This document shows positions 36,879 to 48,091 of a stretch of 64,000 nt of DNA, piece after piece. Below the pieces are notes generated by a model. That model saw nothing but the letters and a program-made list of their open reading frames with translations, had not been told where the DNA came from and did no database searches. The DNA is taken from contig JAJDBM010000017.1 of assembly GCA_029261355.1 (NCBI GenBank), forward strand, positions 17,736 through 81,735, written 5' to 3'. The number at the start of each line of letters is the position of its first letter. Position 1 is the first letter of the stretch. The position numbers were made by a program, and so were the translations under genes. This DNA comes from Nitrospirales bacterium (lineage in GTDB: Bacteria; Nitrospirota; Nitrospiria; Nitrospirales; UBA8639).

Positions 36879-37751
36879 TTGATACCGATGAAACAGCAAC
36901 CCCCCATGTACTGGTTAGCCTGTGGTCAGCATATTCCCCTGGATGGACGTGCATTGATTATGGGAATCCTGAATGTGACCCCCGATTCTTTTTCTGATGG
37001 AGGGACCTATTTTGACCATCAAAAGGCTGTTGATCATCTTTTTTCAATGATTCAAGATGGAGCTGAGATCATAGATATTGGAGGGGAATCGACTCGTCCA
37101 GGTGCAATGCCCGTTGATGAGGAAGAGGAAATAAAGCGAGTGAAGCCTATTTTACAGGCAGTTGGGCATCGGTGTCCTGTTCCGATTTCCATTGACACAC
37201 GAAAAGCCTCGGTGGCGAGGATGGCGCTAGACTTAGGGGCCATAATTGTGAATGATATTAGTGGGTTACGTGATGATGTGCATATGGCTAGAGTGGTAGC
37301 AGAGTCCGGGGCCGGAGTGGTGCTCATGCATAGGCAGGGAAAATCAGAAACCATGCAACAGTCACCTGAGTATGTTGATGTTGTGGGTGAAGTGAGGTCA
37401 TTTCTAGCCCATAGCCTTGACGTTGCAGTGGAAAATGGTATTTCTCTAGATCAGATTGTGGTTGATCCTGGTATTGGGTTTGGAAAGTCTGTCTCACATA
37501 ATTTGCAACTCATTAGTCACTGTTCCGAATTCTTAGAGTTGGGACAACCCGTGATGGTAGGGGTGTCAAATAAGGCATTTATTGGTAAGATCATTGATAA
37601 GCCTATTGAAAAGCGGATGAGTGGCACAGCCGCAGCCGTGGCCATTGCAATTTTTCAGGGGGTACATATCATTAGAGTCCATGATGTTGGTGCTATGCGA
37701 GATGTGCGAGAAATAGCGGGTTCATTGCGAGATCATACATGCAATATTTAG
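36879..37751 (+). CDS. folP: dihydropteroate synthase
   Basis: Motifs DIGGESTRPG and GFGK. The track start is TTG 36879; an alternative ATG is at 36888. Confidence 0.9.
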   Translation: MIPMKQQPPMYWLACGQHIPLDGRALIMGILNVTPDSFSDGGTYFDHQKAVDHLFSMIQDGAEIIDIGGESTRPGAMPVDEEEEIKRVKPILQAVGHRCPVPISIDTRKASVARMALDLGAIIVNDISGLRDDVHMARVVAESGAGVVLMHRQGKSETMQQSPEYVDVVGEVRSFLAHSLDVAVENGISLDQIVVDPGIGFGKSVSHNLQLISHCSEFLELGQPVMVGVSNKAFIGKIIDKPIEKRMSGTAAAVAIAIFQGVHIIRVHDVGAMRDVREIAGSLRDHTCNI

Positions 37752-37776
37752 CTACGACGATTGACAGGGAGTTGTC

Positions 37777-39126
37777 ATGAATAAGCTTTTTGGAACAGAT
37801 GGAGTTCGCGGTACGGCCAATCTTGAACCAATGACCAGTGAAACGGCTATGAAGCTTGGACGGGCCGTGGCCTATGTGTTCAAGCGACGTGAAGGTCGTC
37901 ATCAAATTGTGATTGGCAAAGATACGCGGTTGTCTGGGTATATGTTGGAATCAGCTCTTGTGTCAGGTATTTGTTCGATGGGCGTCGATGTCCAATTGGT
38001 CGGCCCTTTACCCACACCTGCTATTGCATTTCTGGCTCGAAGTCTACGAGCTGATGCAGGGGTCATGATTTCCGCTTCGCATAATCCCTATCAAGATAAT
38101 GGCATCAAGTTCTTTTCGAATGATGGCTATAAACTTCCAGATGAAATGGAAGCTCGTATTGAAGAACTAATTTTGACGAATGAGATTGAACATATTCGCC
38201 CAACGGCGGGAGAAATAGGTAAAGCGTTTCGTATCGATGATGCCGAAGGCCGATACATTGAATTTGTGAAACGATCGTTACCTCGAGATATGGACTTTCA
38301 AGGATTACGAATCGTGCTCGATTGTGCGAATGGCGCAGGATACCATGTGTTTCCAAAAGTCATCCAAGAGTTGGGAGCCAAGGTGTGGGTCATTGGGGAT
38401 AAACCAGACGGGACGAATATCAATCTGGCATGTGGGACGGTCTATCCTGAAAAACTTCAAGAAGCCGTTCGTGAACATCAAGCTGATATTGGCATTGCAT
38501 TAGATGGCGATGCCGATCGTTGTATGTTTGTATGTGAAGAAGGGCGGGTAGTGGATGGGGATCATGCGTTGGCAGCGTTTGCATTAGATCTGAAAGAGCG
38601 TGGGTTGTTGAAGCAGAATACCGTTGTGGGCACGGTGATGAGCAATTTCGGCTTTGAGGCGGCCATGACCCAAGCTGGCATTACGCTGGAGAGGACACAG
38701 GTTGGTGATCGGCATATTCTCGACCGCCTCGTGAAGGGTAATTTGAGTCTGGGCGGGGAGCAGTCAGGGCATATGATTTTTCTTGATTATCATACGAGCG
38801 GAGATGGTTTAATCTCTGGTCTGCAAATGCTTAAGCTCATGAAGCGATCGGGGAAGCCGTTGTCCGTGATTACCCAATGTATGAAAGCGGTTCCGCAAGT
38901 GTTACTTGGAGTTAAAGTCCCCCATAAACCTGCCCTAGAGTCTCTGCCACAGTTACAGCAAGCCATTACAGTCAGCCAGAAAAAGCTGAATGGCACAGGC
39001 CGAGTCTTGGTGCGATATTCAGGTACCGAACCATTAGTTCGTGTCATGGTTGAAGGTCAAAGTGATTCGATAATCCAAGAAGTGGCTGAAGAGTTAGTGA
39101 GTGTCGTCAAGTCGTGCATCACATGA
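37777..39126 (+). CDS. glmM: phosphoglucosamine mutase
   Basis: 449 aa. Phosphoserine loop SASHNPYQDNGIKFF. Confidence 0.95.
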   Translation: MNKLFGTDGVRGTANLEPMTSETAMKLGRAVAYVFKRREGRHQIVIGKDTRLSGYMLESALVSGICSMGVDVQLVGPLPTPAIAFLARSLRADAGVMISASHNPYQDNGIKFFSNDGYKLPDEMEARIEELILTNEIEHIRPTAGEIGKAFRIDDAEGRYIEFVKRSLPRDMDFQGLRIVLDCANGAGYHVFPKVIQELGAKVWVIGDKPDGTNINLACGTVYPEKLQEAVREHQADIGIALDGDADRCMFVCEEGRVVDGDHALAAFALDLKERGLLKQNTVVGTVMSNFGFEAAMTQAGITLERTQVGDRHILDRLVKGNLSLGGEQSGHMIFLDYHTSGDGLISGLQMLKLMKRSGKPLSVITQCMKAVPQVLLGVKVPHKPALESLPQLQQAITVSQKKLNGTGRVLVRYSGTEPLVRVMVEGQSDSIIQEVAEELVSVVKSCIT

Positions 39127-41710
39127 GTGCGGTTTCCTTCAGTTTGTGATTCTTCCCCCAATCCTGTCTTTCCTCCTGGGCCTCATTCTTGGCTCGTACG
39201 TACTATTTTTTCCTGGCTCAACATTTCTTCTCCTTTTGGCCATAGGGCTTGGCTTATTGTGGCGAGAACAGCTCGGTCAAATGACCCTCAACCAGGGCAG
39301 TAGCATTTTTGTCTGCCTGGTGGGAGGAGTTGTCTGGTGGGTGGCAATGGTTTCGAATCAAGCCACGGATAATCTTATTCAGTGGGTGAATGTTTCACCG
39401 GTACAGGTTGTTGGAGAAGTCGTTGATCCAGTAAGACGAACTCCCGATCGCCTGGTGATGATTGTCGAGGTGAGTCATATTGGCCAAGGAGAAGAGATTT
39501 TTCCCACCACTGGTCTACTCCGTCTCACCTGGCGTGAAGGTCATCAAGTCGTTCGCCAAGGCAATTATATTGAAGTGCTTGCACAATTGAGAGAACCCTA
39601 CGGAACACGAAATCCTGGAGGATTTGAGTATGGCGAGTATCTTAAGCGAAAAGGGATTCACGCGGTGGCGTCGGTCTCTGGACCAGGCAAAGTTCAGGTT
39701 CGTGCGTCAACGAATCTGTGGGAGTTCTCATGGTTTTTGGAGGAAGTAGATGGGTGGCGGAACCAGGTACATCAAGCCGCCGTCGATACGTTAGACGATC
39801 CAGCTCTCGGTTTATTTTTGGGAATGATCATTGGAGAGCAAAGCTTCATTACCCCGGAGGTTCGTGAAGCATTCATGGCGACTGGGACAGTCCATATCAT
39901 TTCCATCTCTGGGTCCCATCTTGGTTTGATTGCATTTCTGGTATTCTTTTGCGTGAAGGGTTGTGTCTTGCGCTTTCCGACCGTCTGGCTTGAATGGCTT
40001 TCACTTCGAGTCACCGCGACCCGTCTCTCTGCCATGGTCACGTTTCCTGTCGTGTCCTTCTATTCCTTATTGGCAGGTGCGGAGATTGCCACCATTCGCT
40101 CCTGGATTATGATTGCCTTGTTCCTTGTCGCCGTGTGGTTGGGACGAGAAAAGCATCTGCTCTCGGCACTGGGGATTGCCGCAATTCTTGCCCTTGTGAC
40201 GAACCCTCAGTCGATATACGACACATCCTTTCAGCTTTCGTATTCCGCGGTGTTGGCCATTGCTTTGGTCATTCAGATGAATCGGAGGAGTAAGAAAGAG
40301 GATCAGGAATTATTTATGCCATCGAGTACATGGGGTGAGAGCCTATGGGAACGAACCAAGCAAGCCTGGTGGATCACGTTGGCGGTGACATTGGTCACCT
40401 TGCCGCTGGTCGCCTATTACTTTAATCAGATTGCCTGGCTTGGCCTGTTGAGCAATGTGGTGGTCGTGCCGCTTGTAGGGTTTCTCATGATTCCTCTTGG
40501 GTTGCTGTCGGTGATGTGGGTGTTACTCACAGGGTCAGTCACACTCCCACTCGCAGCCTTGAATCAGGCCATCGCAGACACATTAGTTCACATCGTGACC
40601 TGGCTGGCGCAAATCCCAGGGGCAGTGTGGCATGTGGCCTCACCGAGTATCTTGATGATCTTTGTTTTTTATGGACTGCTTCTCACTATCGTTCTCTGTC
40701 TGCACTTACCTAAGTTCCAGATGGGCTGTGCGATCGGAGTCTGTGTGATTCTTTTTTGGTGGTCATGGTCGCCGCGATTCGATATCGACGCAAACACCGT
40801 ACGGGTGACATTTTTGGATGTGGGGCAAGGTGATGCGACCGTTCTCGAACTTCCCAATGGTGAAACCATTTTGATTGATGGAGGTCCAGCCTATCGGCGA
40901 CTCGATATGGGGAAAGCCGTCATTGGACCGTATTTGTGGGATCGTGGCATACGACGATTGGATTATGTGATTGCCACACATCCGCAATGGGACCATGTGG
41001 GTGGTTTACCGTGGGTACTCAGGTCGTTTGATGTTGGACAGTATTGGAGTAATGGCATTGTACGTGAGCAAGAGTTTTATCAACGACTGCAACAAGAGAT
41101 TCATACGAGTGGGCTCAAGGAGCACGTGGCATCAAAAGGACAAGAGATTGCGAGTTCTGGATCATGTGCGCTGAAGGTTCTGAGCCCGGTGAGGGAAATT
41201 GGAGATCGTTCGGAAACGTTGAAACCTTCTATGAGCGGGGAAGTGCTCAATAATCAGTCGATTATTACCAGGCTTGATTGCGGACATCATTCGTTCTTGT
41301 TGACGGCAGATGCAGAAGTCGACGCGCTCTCGAAACTGAATCAACTATTAGATGCGCGCTCAGCCCGAGTGGTGAAGGTTCCGCATCATGGAGCAAAAAG
41401 TTCACTCCATCGTGGATGGATTCAGCAGTTGGATGCGGAGGTGGCTGTTGTGTCAGTGGGACAACACAATCGATACGGACATCCATATCCAGATGTTGTA
41501 GAAGCCTATGCCCAAGAAGAAATTCCTCTCTATCGAACGGATCTGGACGGGGCGGTATGGATCACGGCCAATCTTGACTCTCATGAAATGACGATTCACA
41601 CAGCTCTAGAACGAAAGCTGCAAGTGGTTCAGTTGAATACGGCTGTACTCAAAAATGAATGGGAAAATTGGGGGAGATTATGGCGCCAGTGGACGGGGGA
41701 GGTGTCGTAG
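39101..41710 (+). CDS. comEC: DNA internalization-related competence protein ComEC/Rec2
   Basis: 869 aa. Polytopic competence domain plus C-terminal metallo-beta-lactamase domain (HPQWDHVGG). GTG 39101 overlaps glmM by 26 nt; an alternative GTG is at 39146. Confidence 0.85.
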   Translation: MSSSRASHECGFLQFVILPPILSFLLGLILGSYVLFFPGSTFLLLLAIGLGLLWREQLGQMTLNQGSSIFVCLVGGVVWWVAMVSNQATDNLIQWVNVSPVQVVGEVVDPVRRTPDRLVMIVEVSHIGQGEEIFPTTGLLRLTWREGHQVVRQGNYIEVLAQLREPYGTRNPGGFEYGEYLKRKGIHAVASVSGPGKVQVRASTNLWEFSWFLEEVDGWRNQVHQAAVDTLDDPALGLFLGMIIGEQSFITPEVREAFMATGTVHIISISGSHLGLIAFLVFFCVKGCVLRFPTVWLEWLSLRVTATRLSAMVTFPVVSFYSLLAGAEIATIRSWIMIALFLVAVWLGREKHLLSALGIAAILALVTNPQSIYDTSFQLSYSAVLAIALVIQMNRRSKKEDQELFMPSSTWGESLWERTKQAWWITLAVTLVTLPLVAYYFNQIAWLGLLSNVVVVPLVGFLMIPLGLLSVMWVLLTGSVTLPLAALNQAIADTLVHIVTWLAQIPGAVWHVASPSILMIFVFYGLLLTIVLCLHLPKFQMGCAIGVCVILFWWSWSPRFDIDANTVRVTFLDVGQGDATVLELPNGETILIDGGPAYRRLDMGKAVIGPYLWDRGIRRLDYVIATHPQWDHVGGLPWVLRSFDVGQYWSNGIVREQEFYQRLQQEIHTSGLKEHVASKGQEIASSGSCALKVLSPVREIGDRSETLKPSMSGEVLNNQSIITRLDCGHHSFLLTADAEVDALSKLNQLLDARSARVVKVPHHGAKSSLHRGWIQQLDAEVAVVSVGQHNRYGHPYPDVVEAYAQEEIPLYRTDLDGAVWITANLDSHEMTIHTALERKLQVVQLNTAVLKNEWENWGRLWRQWTGEVS

Positions 41711-41908
41711 TTATATTTTTTCGAATGTCTAGGGTTGTAAATGATGCGAGTTTTGTAAATTTCGCAAGGTTTGGTACAGGTTAGTGCAACATGAGGTGAT
41801 GGCTTTGGTGTTTTTGCTATTCAGTCGACCTCTCATCGCCCTTAATGATTCAAGCAATCGAAGAACGAAAAAATATATAATTCCTTATTTTCTTACGTGA
41901 GGGGTTGA

Positions 41909-41950
41909 GGCAAAGCCTCAGATTCTCGAATCTGGGGCTTTGCCGTTTTT
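41909..41950 (+). terminator. rho-independent terminator after comEC (hairpin shared with the convergent gene)
   Basis: GGCAAAGCC-T-CAGATT-CTCG-AATCTG-G-GGCTTTGCC followed by GTTTTT. Confidence 0.7.
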
Positions 41951-41957
41951 GACGGTT

Positions 41958-44900
41958 CTAAGTCGTCAGGGCCTTAAAAATTTTTTGAGGTTCAGTGAGT
42001 GGCTCCCACCTCATGATCGTCATTGAATCTTCAACATATTCCTGCTTTCTCATGCCATTAAGAACGCTTGTGACGGCTGGGGTGCTGGCAAGCGTCCAGA
42101 GAGCTATTCTGGAGAAAGGTTCGTTGTATTGGGATTCTGGGAGAAGTGGTGCAGTGATTTCTCGTAGTTCGTGAATCTTCTTCGCGTTTTTTTCTGCTGC
42201 CTCCATTCTGAGAATACGTAAGAGCTCTAGAAACTCTGGGACATAGCGTTTACGCCATGTGTCCCAGGCGGCTTCTTTCTCCCCGGTCAATTGGCGAGTG
42301 AGGACTTGGAAGACTTGATTGGCATGGGGTGCAATCATCTGATTTTCAATTTGATCCCAATGTTCTAAATTTTGTAGGGAAGGACGAAGTTGTGACAATT
42401 CGTCAGCCCATCGAAAGAATTCTTGTGCTGGCATACCTTTATCCGAATGCGGCACGAGTGGGGCGATGTCTTTGGCAAACTCCTCTTCCAATGCACGGAC
42501 TTTGGGAAGCTGTTCGTCAAATGTGTTTCCTGGTTTTTCAGCCCGTGGATCAGCAAGGCGAATCATGCCGCCACGTTTGGCTGGAATGGCATTGAGTGGG
42601 CGATTGACTAAGATGGCGATATGCTCTTGTTTCGCCAATTCCAAGACGGTCTGCTTGTTCTCTATTCCAGTATTTGATGTGATAAGCGCGCCAGATTCAA
42701 ATATGTTCATGGGCAGTTGCAAGACGCGAAAGTGGTGACTGGACTGTCCTAATTCGCTGGCTGCTGACTGAGCGGCTTCTAGCATATGAGAAAGTGACGT
42801 GGCCTCTGGATCATCGGGGTTGGCCGTACAGGTATTGGATGAAATCCCATAGTATTGAAGGCGTCCTGCAGCCACTTGGTTTTCCAGATAGACAAAGGCT
42901 CGTTGAAGTCTTTGGTAGAAGGTGGCTCGTAATTCTTTTAATGATGCGGCATCAACTGAGAGGTTTCGATTCTTGGCATCAGAAAGAAAGTATTCTGGGT
43001 TATGGAGCAGGCAGACATCTAATGTGGCTAAGCCTAAACGATCAAGAGACAAGGTCAGTTGTTCTTCTAAAAATTCAGGATGAAGGCAATGCCAAATGCC
43101 TTCTCCATATTTCACCATGTCTGGGAATGGATTGCCGGCCTTCTCTCGAACTTCAGCTCGTTTCAAGTTCTGTCCTTGCACATATCCAATTTTTGATACG
43201 ACGATGATTTGTTCCCGTGTGAGTTCGTCTCGTTTAATCAATTCCCCAAGTACGCTTCCAACCAATCGTTCACTTCCCCCATCTGCATAGTTTGTGGAGG
43301 TGTCGATCAGGTTACAGCCTTCTCGTAGGGATTTGACTAAGGCCTGGCGATGGCCCTCAGAAGCGATATCGATACGGTATCCACCAAATCCAATGCGCGA
43401 AGTGGTGAGACCTGTCGATCCCATCGATGTGTAGCCTTGTCCAATAGGCCGAGTTGGAGAAGGACTCGCTAAGATTCGTGCGACGTACGTGGCCGTGCCT
43501 CCTGGTGTGGCGTGACCTTCAAGCCCTCGAGCCTTGAGCGTTTGTAAAGACTCGGATGGGTGATCTTTCGCTGGTGCCTGTTGCGAGCCAAGTGCCGACG
43601 CGATGGATGGTGGATCGGTGATGGGGGCTTCGCAGGCAAAATTTCGACAGAGGTAGACTGCGGCTTTCCCTTCGACTAAGGCTTTGCCTGTGAGCAAGGG
43701 ATGAGTCGTTTCTGCATCTTCTTCATGTTGATGGGCGATGATTCGGTTGGGGATGAAATGTCGGTGTACTTCCGAACGCAACGCGTCGTAACTCGATTCG
43801 CCAGTGTGTCCGACGAGGGCGAGTTCAATGGGCCCATTGAGTAAGAGTTCGACGACCATCAAACTTTTAGCGTAGCCTCGTGGAATTTTCGAGATTTGGT
43901 GGCCATAGGCTCGAATGGCGTTGGTTGCAGCTTCCTGGAAATCATCACGATTGAAATGAAAGGAGAGTCGTGCCAGTGCCGATGCGGCCACAGCATTGCC
44001 GCTGGGGATGGCACCATCCGGACCTTCCCGACTTCGGAGGATGAGTGTTTCGTGGTCGATCCCAGTGGTGAAAAATCCTCCTTGATCGTGATCGGGAAAA
44101 TCTTCGAGGATGCGTTCACCGAGACAAACGGCTTCATGGAGGTATCGTTCCGATGCCCCAGCTTCATATAGATCGATCAGTGCCTCAGTAAGATAGGCAT
44201 AGTCTTCTAAGCAGGCATTGAGATGCGCCTTGCCTTTTCGATACGTCCGCAGTAAGCGGTTTCCTGGTTGAGAAAGGGTGACCAATAAAAAATCAGCTGC
44301 TCGTGTGGCTGCATCGAGATATCGTTGATTGCTGAACACGCGTGCAGCCTCTGCCATCGCACTCATCATCATGCCGTTCCAAGCCGTGATGACTTTGTCG
44401 TCGAGGCCAGGAGGAATACGCTGGAGGCGAGCTTGATAGATCACTGGCCGAACCCGTTCAATGGTGTCCGACAAGTCCTCTGGGGAGCAGTCTAATGCGG
44501 TGGCGACCTGTTCCAAGGTTTTCGGAGTATTGGGAATGCTTTGATGTTCCCAGTTGCCTTCGTCAGTGATGTCGTAGTAAGCACAAAACCGTTTGGCGTC
44601 TTCTTGGTTGGTGACAACCGCTTGAATTTGTTGTGGTGTCCAGACAAAGAATTTTCCCTCAACCCCTTCGGAATCGGCATCAGTCGCTGAATAAAACCCA
44701 CCTTCGGTGGAGGTCATTTCTCGTAGGATATAGTCGAGTGTTTCAGTGGCAATCCGACGATAGTGCTCATCTTGGGTGACTTGATAGGCTTCGACATAGG
44801 TTCGTGCTAGCAGAGCGTTATCGTACAGCATTTTCTCAAAATGCGGGACAAGCCATCGGTCATCGGTTGAATAGCGAGCAAAGCCTCCGGCAATGTGGTC

Positions 44901-45653
44901 GTAGAGGCCACCGCCAGCCATAGCATCCAATGTTTTTCGTACCATGTGGAGTATCTGTTCGTTTTTGGTGTGGTGGTACTGGCGGAGTAAAAACGAGAGT
45001 CCCGTGGCTGGTGGGAATTTTGGTGCTTGCCCAAAGCCACCATGGGTTGGATCAAATTCTGTTGAATATTGTTCAATAGCTGTGTCTATTTCTGTTTGCC
45101 CAACGGTCATTGGAGAGGTGACACGAATGGACTCACGGAGGCGTGTGGTAAATCGTGAGGCTTGCGAGACAATGCTGTCTCGATCTTTCTCCCATCCAGC
45201 GGCAATGTTTTGCAGAACGGTGCTGAACCCAGGACGTCCCCATTTATCTGATGGTGGGAAATAGGTGCCGGCAAAAATAGGTTCTTGTTCTGGCGTGAGG
45301 AAGACCGTCATGGGCCATCCGCCATGGCCCTGGTTCATGGCCACGGTGGCTTGCATATAAATTTCATCAAGGTCGGGTCGTTCCTCGCGATCAACTTTGA
45401 TGTTGATGAAATGCGTATTCATGAGTGCTGCAATATCGTCGTTTTCAAATGATTCATGTTCCATGACATGGCACCAATGGCAGGCAGAATAGCCAATTGA
45501 GAGAAGGATGGGTTTATTTTCGTTTTTTGCCCGATTCAGCGCTTCGTGATTCCATGGATACCACTCAACTGGGTTGTAGGCATGCTGAAGCAAATATGGA
45601 CTCGTTTCGTGTATTAGTTGATTGGCTTTTTTATCTGTAGGTTGCTCACTCAT
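41958..45653 (-). CDS. fusion protein: thioredoxin-domain/YyaL (DUF255 plus six-hairpin-like) N-terminal part and aldo-keto reductase C-terminal part
   Basis: 1231 aa. The N-terminus has [18 protein letters not shown] (CxxC), then about 650 aa that are YyaL-like. A linker lies near nt 43430-43620. The AKR part has [40 protein letters not shown] and a helical insertion before the C-terminal [16 protein letters not shown]. Confidence 0.8.
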   Translation of the reverse strand: MSEQPTDKKANQLIHETSPYLLQHAYNPVEWYPWNHEALNRAKNENKPILLSIGYSACHWCHVMEHESFENDDIAALMNTHFINIKVDREERPDLDEIYMQATVAMNQGHGGWPMTVFLTPEQEPIFAGTYFPPSDKWGRPGFSTVLQNIAAGWEKDRDSIVSQASRFTTRLRESIRVTSPMTVGQTEIDTAIEQYSTEFDPTHGGFGQAPKFPPATGLSFLLRQYHHTKNEQILHMVRKTLDAMAGGGLYDHIAGGFARYSTDDRWLVPHFEKMLYDNALLARTYVEAYQVTQDEHYRRIATETLDYILREMTSTEGGFYSATDADSEGVEGKFFVWTPQQIQAVVTNQEDAKRFCAYYDITDEGNWEHQSIPNTPKTLEQVATALDCSPEDLSDTIERVRPVIYQARLQRIPPGLDDKVITAWNGMMMSAMAEAARVFSNQRYLDAATRAADFLLVTLSQPGNRLLRTYRKGKAHLNACLEDYAYLTEALIDLYEAGASERYLHEAVCLGERILEDFPDHDQGGFFTTGIDHETLILRSREGPDGAIPSGNAVAASALARLSFHFNRDDFQEAATNAIRAYGHQISKIPRGYAKSLMVVELLLNGPIELALVGHTGESSYDALRSEVHRHFIPNRIIAHQHEEDAETTHPLLTGKALVEGKAAVYLCRNFACEAPITDPPSIASALGSQQAPAKDHPSESLQTLKARGLEGHATPGGTATYVARILASPSPTRPIGQGYTSMGSTGLTTSRIGFGGYRIDIASEGHRQALVKSLREGCNLIDTSTNYADGGSERLVGSVLGELIKRDELTREQIIVVSKIGYVQGQNLKRAEVREKAGNPFPDMVKYGEGIWHCLHPEFLEEQLTLSLDRLGLATLDVCLLHNPEYFLSDAKNRNLSVDAASLKELRATFYQRLQRAFVYLENQVAAGRLQYYGISSNTCTANPDDPEATSLSHMLEAAQSAASELGQSSHHFRVLQLPMNIFESGALITSNTGIENKQTVLELAKQEHIAILVNRPLNAIPAKRGGMIRLADPRAEKPGNTFDEQLPKVRALEEEFAKDIAPLVPHSDKGMPAQEFFRWADELSQLRPSLQNLEHWDQIENQMIAPHANQVFQVLTRQLTGEKEAAWDTWRKRYVPEFLELLRILRMEAAEKNAKKIHELREITAPLLPESQYNEPFSRIALWTLASTPAVTSVLNGMRKQEYVEDSMTIMRWEPLTEPQKIFKALTT

Positions 45654-45768
45654 GAGTCAAGACTTTCTTGGTGAAGATTATGGGAAGTAATAAATATGCT
45701 TTCGTTGGTTATGGGGAGTAAGGATTTGAGGTCACTCCCTCTCACTGATCGCTATTGGGAGCTTGCTG

Positions 45769-46287
45769 TTAGGGTCGGGTTATTAATTTCTTTTCCCCTA
45801 AACTCCGTTCGTATAAAAGCACTTTCCATCCATCGGTTTCAGAAATGAATCCCTTGGGCTGCACGACAGGAAGCATGCCAGTCCCGGGAACTTTCCCTGA
45901 TTGTCCCATGCTGCCATTTTTAAGCACCCACATGAGTTCGCCAAGTGAGCGGTATTTCTTGAATTTGGGGTTAGTGAAATTTCGTGGCTGAATGGGGAGG
46001 TTGCTTGCGGCTCCGCCATCACCTTTCCCCTCAGGACCATGGCAACTAATGCACCCGCCAGCGCCAAGGAAAAGCTTTTTCCCCTCTGCCAAGATCTCTG
46101 GGCTGGGTTCAAAGGGAGATTTCATTTTTTTGGCTGACGCCAGCTCGGAGCTCGGCACACGTTTGACGCGAATATCAAACTCACCGCCAGCCTGTCCGTA
46201 GCCAGTCGGGTTGATGGCTAATGCGAACTGTGCATTGCCCAAGATTGTCATCATAAAAATACCAGTAAGTAACAGAACCATCTTCAT
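45769..46287 (-). CDS. monoheme class I c-type cytochrome, secreted
   Basis: Signal peptide, CISCH heme motif, distal Met context GTGMLP. AAGGAGG RBS lies 5 nt before ATG 46287; the track GTG 46293 sits inside the RBS. Confidence 0.75.
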   Translation of the reverse strand: MKMVLLLTGIFMMTILGNAQFALAINPTGYGQAGGEFDIRVKRVPSSELASAKKMKSPFEPSPEILAEGKKLFLGAGGCISCHGPEGKGDGGAASNLPIQPRNFTNPKFKKYRSLGELMWVLKNGSMGQSGKVPGTGMLPVVQPKGFISETDGWKVLLYERSLGEKKLITRP

Positions 46288-46515
46288 GAGCACCTCCTTC
46301 GAAACGTTAGAAGGAAATTAATGAAAACAATATGTTAAGCAAATACCGTATTTCTGAATGACGAGGCAGATTACCATGTGGGTGGACTGTGGGCAATTAG
46401 AGAATTGAGGGATGATGAGACCTCGTAGTGAGCAGAATGCTGGAAATTAAATATGTTATGATGCTGCTCGAGTCTCGTTGTCTGAGCCAATATGATAGAG
46501 CACGTTGTATAAATT

Positions 46516-47127
46516 ATGGCATTGAATGAAAGAAATAGGCAGAAATTTGTGACTGGTATGAATCGTCGCATTGCCGAACTGCGTGTGAAGACTGAGCAAA
46601 GTTTAGACTTTGCCATTGACACGATGTTTCAGGAGCGAATTGATGCGTTTCTTCGTTTAGAAGAAGGTCTGGCTGAAGTTGATCGCATGCTGAACTTGAT
46701 TGAAGGCGATGTTGAGGAAACTTGTGAGTTTAATGCGGCTCAGCGGGTAGAGTCTCGCTTAGAATTTATTGAGGATCGATTTGATGAATTTGACAGTGAA
46801 ATTCGGCAGCGGCCGCGCCGCCGTCGGAATAAAATCAATCTCTTTAATTTCTTTAAGGCAGCAGCTGGAGGTGGGGGAGATCCCACCGCAGCGAAAGGCG
46901 AAATCAATTCGGCAGGGGAAGCCTATTCTGCCCTAGGGTTGGAATTTGGGAGACCCATGTCAGAAGTGACACGCGCATTTCGACAGCAGATCAAAAAGAT
47001 CCATCCGGATGTCAGGAAGGGAGACCGCAGCTCCGAACCTGAACTACGTAAAATTATCGAAGCCTACCAATTTCTGAAAGACGACTACGCTGCCTTCCCG
47101 TCAGAGTCTTCCCCTTCAGGGGGATGA
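46516..47127 (+). CDS. J-domain (DnaJ-like) protein with unknown N-terminal helical region
   Basis: 203 aa. The C-terminus AYSALGLEFGRPMSEVTRAFRQQIKKIHPDV..IIEAYQFLKD carries the HPD motif. The N-terminus is acidic and helical, followed by RPRRRRNK and a Gly linker. Confidence 0.7.
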   Translation: MALNERNRQKFVTGMNRRIAELRVKTEQSLDFAIDTMFQERIDAFLRLEEGLAEVDRMLNLIEGDVEETCEFNAAQRVESRLEFIEDRFDEFDSEIRQRPRRRRNKINLFNFFKAAAGGGGDPTAAKGEINSAGEAYSALGLEFGRPMSEVTRAFRQQIKKIHPDVRKGDRSSEPELRKIIEAYQFLKDDYAAFPSESSPSGG

Positions 47128-47132
47128 TCAAG

Positions 47133-47483
47133 TTATAGTATTTTGCTTAAGGTTTCTGGTGGTCGTGCCATAATGACCTGCTCACCTTTTTCGACTAGAG
47201 GTCGTTGAATCAGGTCTGGGTGTTGGATCATGAGTTCAATGATGTCATCGTCATTCATCTTCGCAATTTCGGCCTTGCGGGATTTATAGATATCTTCTTT
47301 CGTTCGCAAAATATCTTTCGCTGGAAATCCCCCCTTTTTTAAGAGGCCCTTGAGTTTGGCTTTCGTAAAGGGCTGTTCGTAATAATTAATTGCTTCGTAT
47401 GGTTTGCCACTGGCTTCTGCGAGCTTGACGACCTGTCTGCATGTTGAGCAGGTAGGTTTTTGGTAGATGACGAGTGTTTCCAT
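47133..47483 (-). CDS. ArsC/Spx/MgsR-family thioredoxin-fold protein
   Basis: 116 aa. N-terminus LVIYQKPTCSTCRQ (CxxC) and C-terminus HPDLIQRPL. Confidence 0.8.
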   Translation of the reverse strand: METLVIYQKPTCSTCRQVVKLAEASGKPYEAINYYEQPFTKAKLKGLLKKGGFPAKDILRTKEDIYKSRKAEIAKMNDDDIIELMIQHPDLIQRPLVEKGEQVIMARPPETLSKIL

Positions 47484-47719
47484 TGTTTCTCTTTTCCTTA
47501 TAGGATTTTATTGAACGGCCCAGGAATGCTGAATATCAAGGCTTCCCCTGGCAAGAATGCGAGATGTGTGAGAACTCTTCAACCGTCTTCTTATTCATGT
47601 CGAAGGGAGCAAAAGGGAAATTGAATTTCTTGACCTCATTTCTAGGCGCATGCTACAAGCCAATTTAGACGTATGCACATGGTCTCTTGTCTTATAATGT
47701 TGGATTGGTGAAATAACTG

Positions 47720-48091
47720 ATGGCTATTGAAACGACTGAAATTCATGAGTTTGGCTGTACAACCGAAACTCAACGTACTTTAAAAGACTTGCGGGACAAA
47801 CGTAAAGGTCAGCCGGTCTATGTTTTAGGTCATGATGAACGATTTAAAGGTCAGGAAGGGGTGTTTGAGACATTTAATATTCGGTTGGCGGTTGTCAAAT
47901 TTGCGAATGGCAAGACGCTTGGGTTTGATCCAATGGATCTGCTGCTTCCTTGTGAAATTCATGAAAATGGCGAAGCCTTTTTTGAGATCCGTTATTGTCA
48001 GGATTGTGAACAGGTGTTCCCTCTCACCGCAAAAGAGTTTTGGGCCGAACAGGAGCCCAAGACCTGTCCTGAATGTGCCTGTATGATATAG
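47720..48091 (+). CDS. hypothetical protein with C-terminal zinc-ribbon (CQDC..CPEC)
   Basis: 123-aa ORF. No family recognised. A weak hairpin AGGCC-TTTTG-GGCCT follows immediately after the stop. Confidence 0.5.
   Translation: MAIETTEIHEFGCTTETQRTLKDLRDKRKGQPVYVLGHDERFKGQEGVFETFNIRLAVVKFANGKTLGFDPMDLLLPCEIHENGEAFFEIRYCQDCEQVFPLTAKEFWAEQEPKTCPECACMI

Noticed and set aside
41790-41900. A 33-codon hydrophobic mini-ORF (MALVFLLFSRPL...) in the comEC downstream spacer.
   Set aside because: The SD-like GAGGTG abuts the ATG with unworkable spacing. It is very short and has no supporting features.
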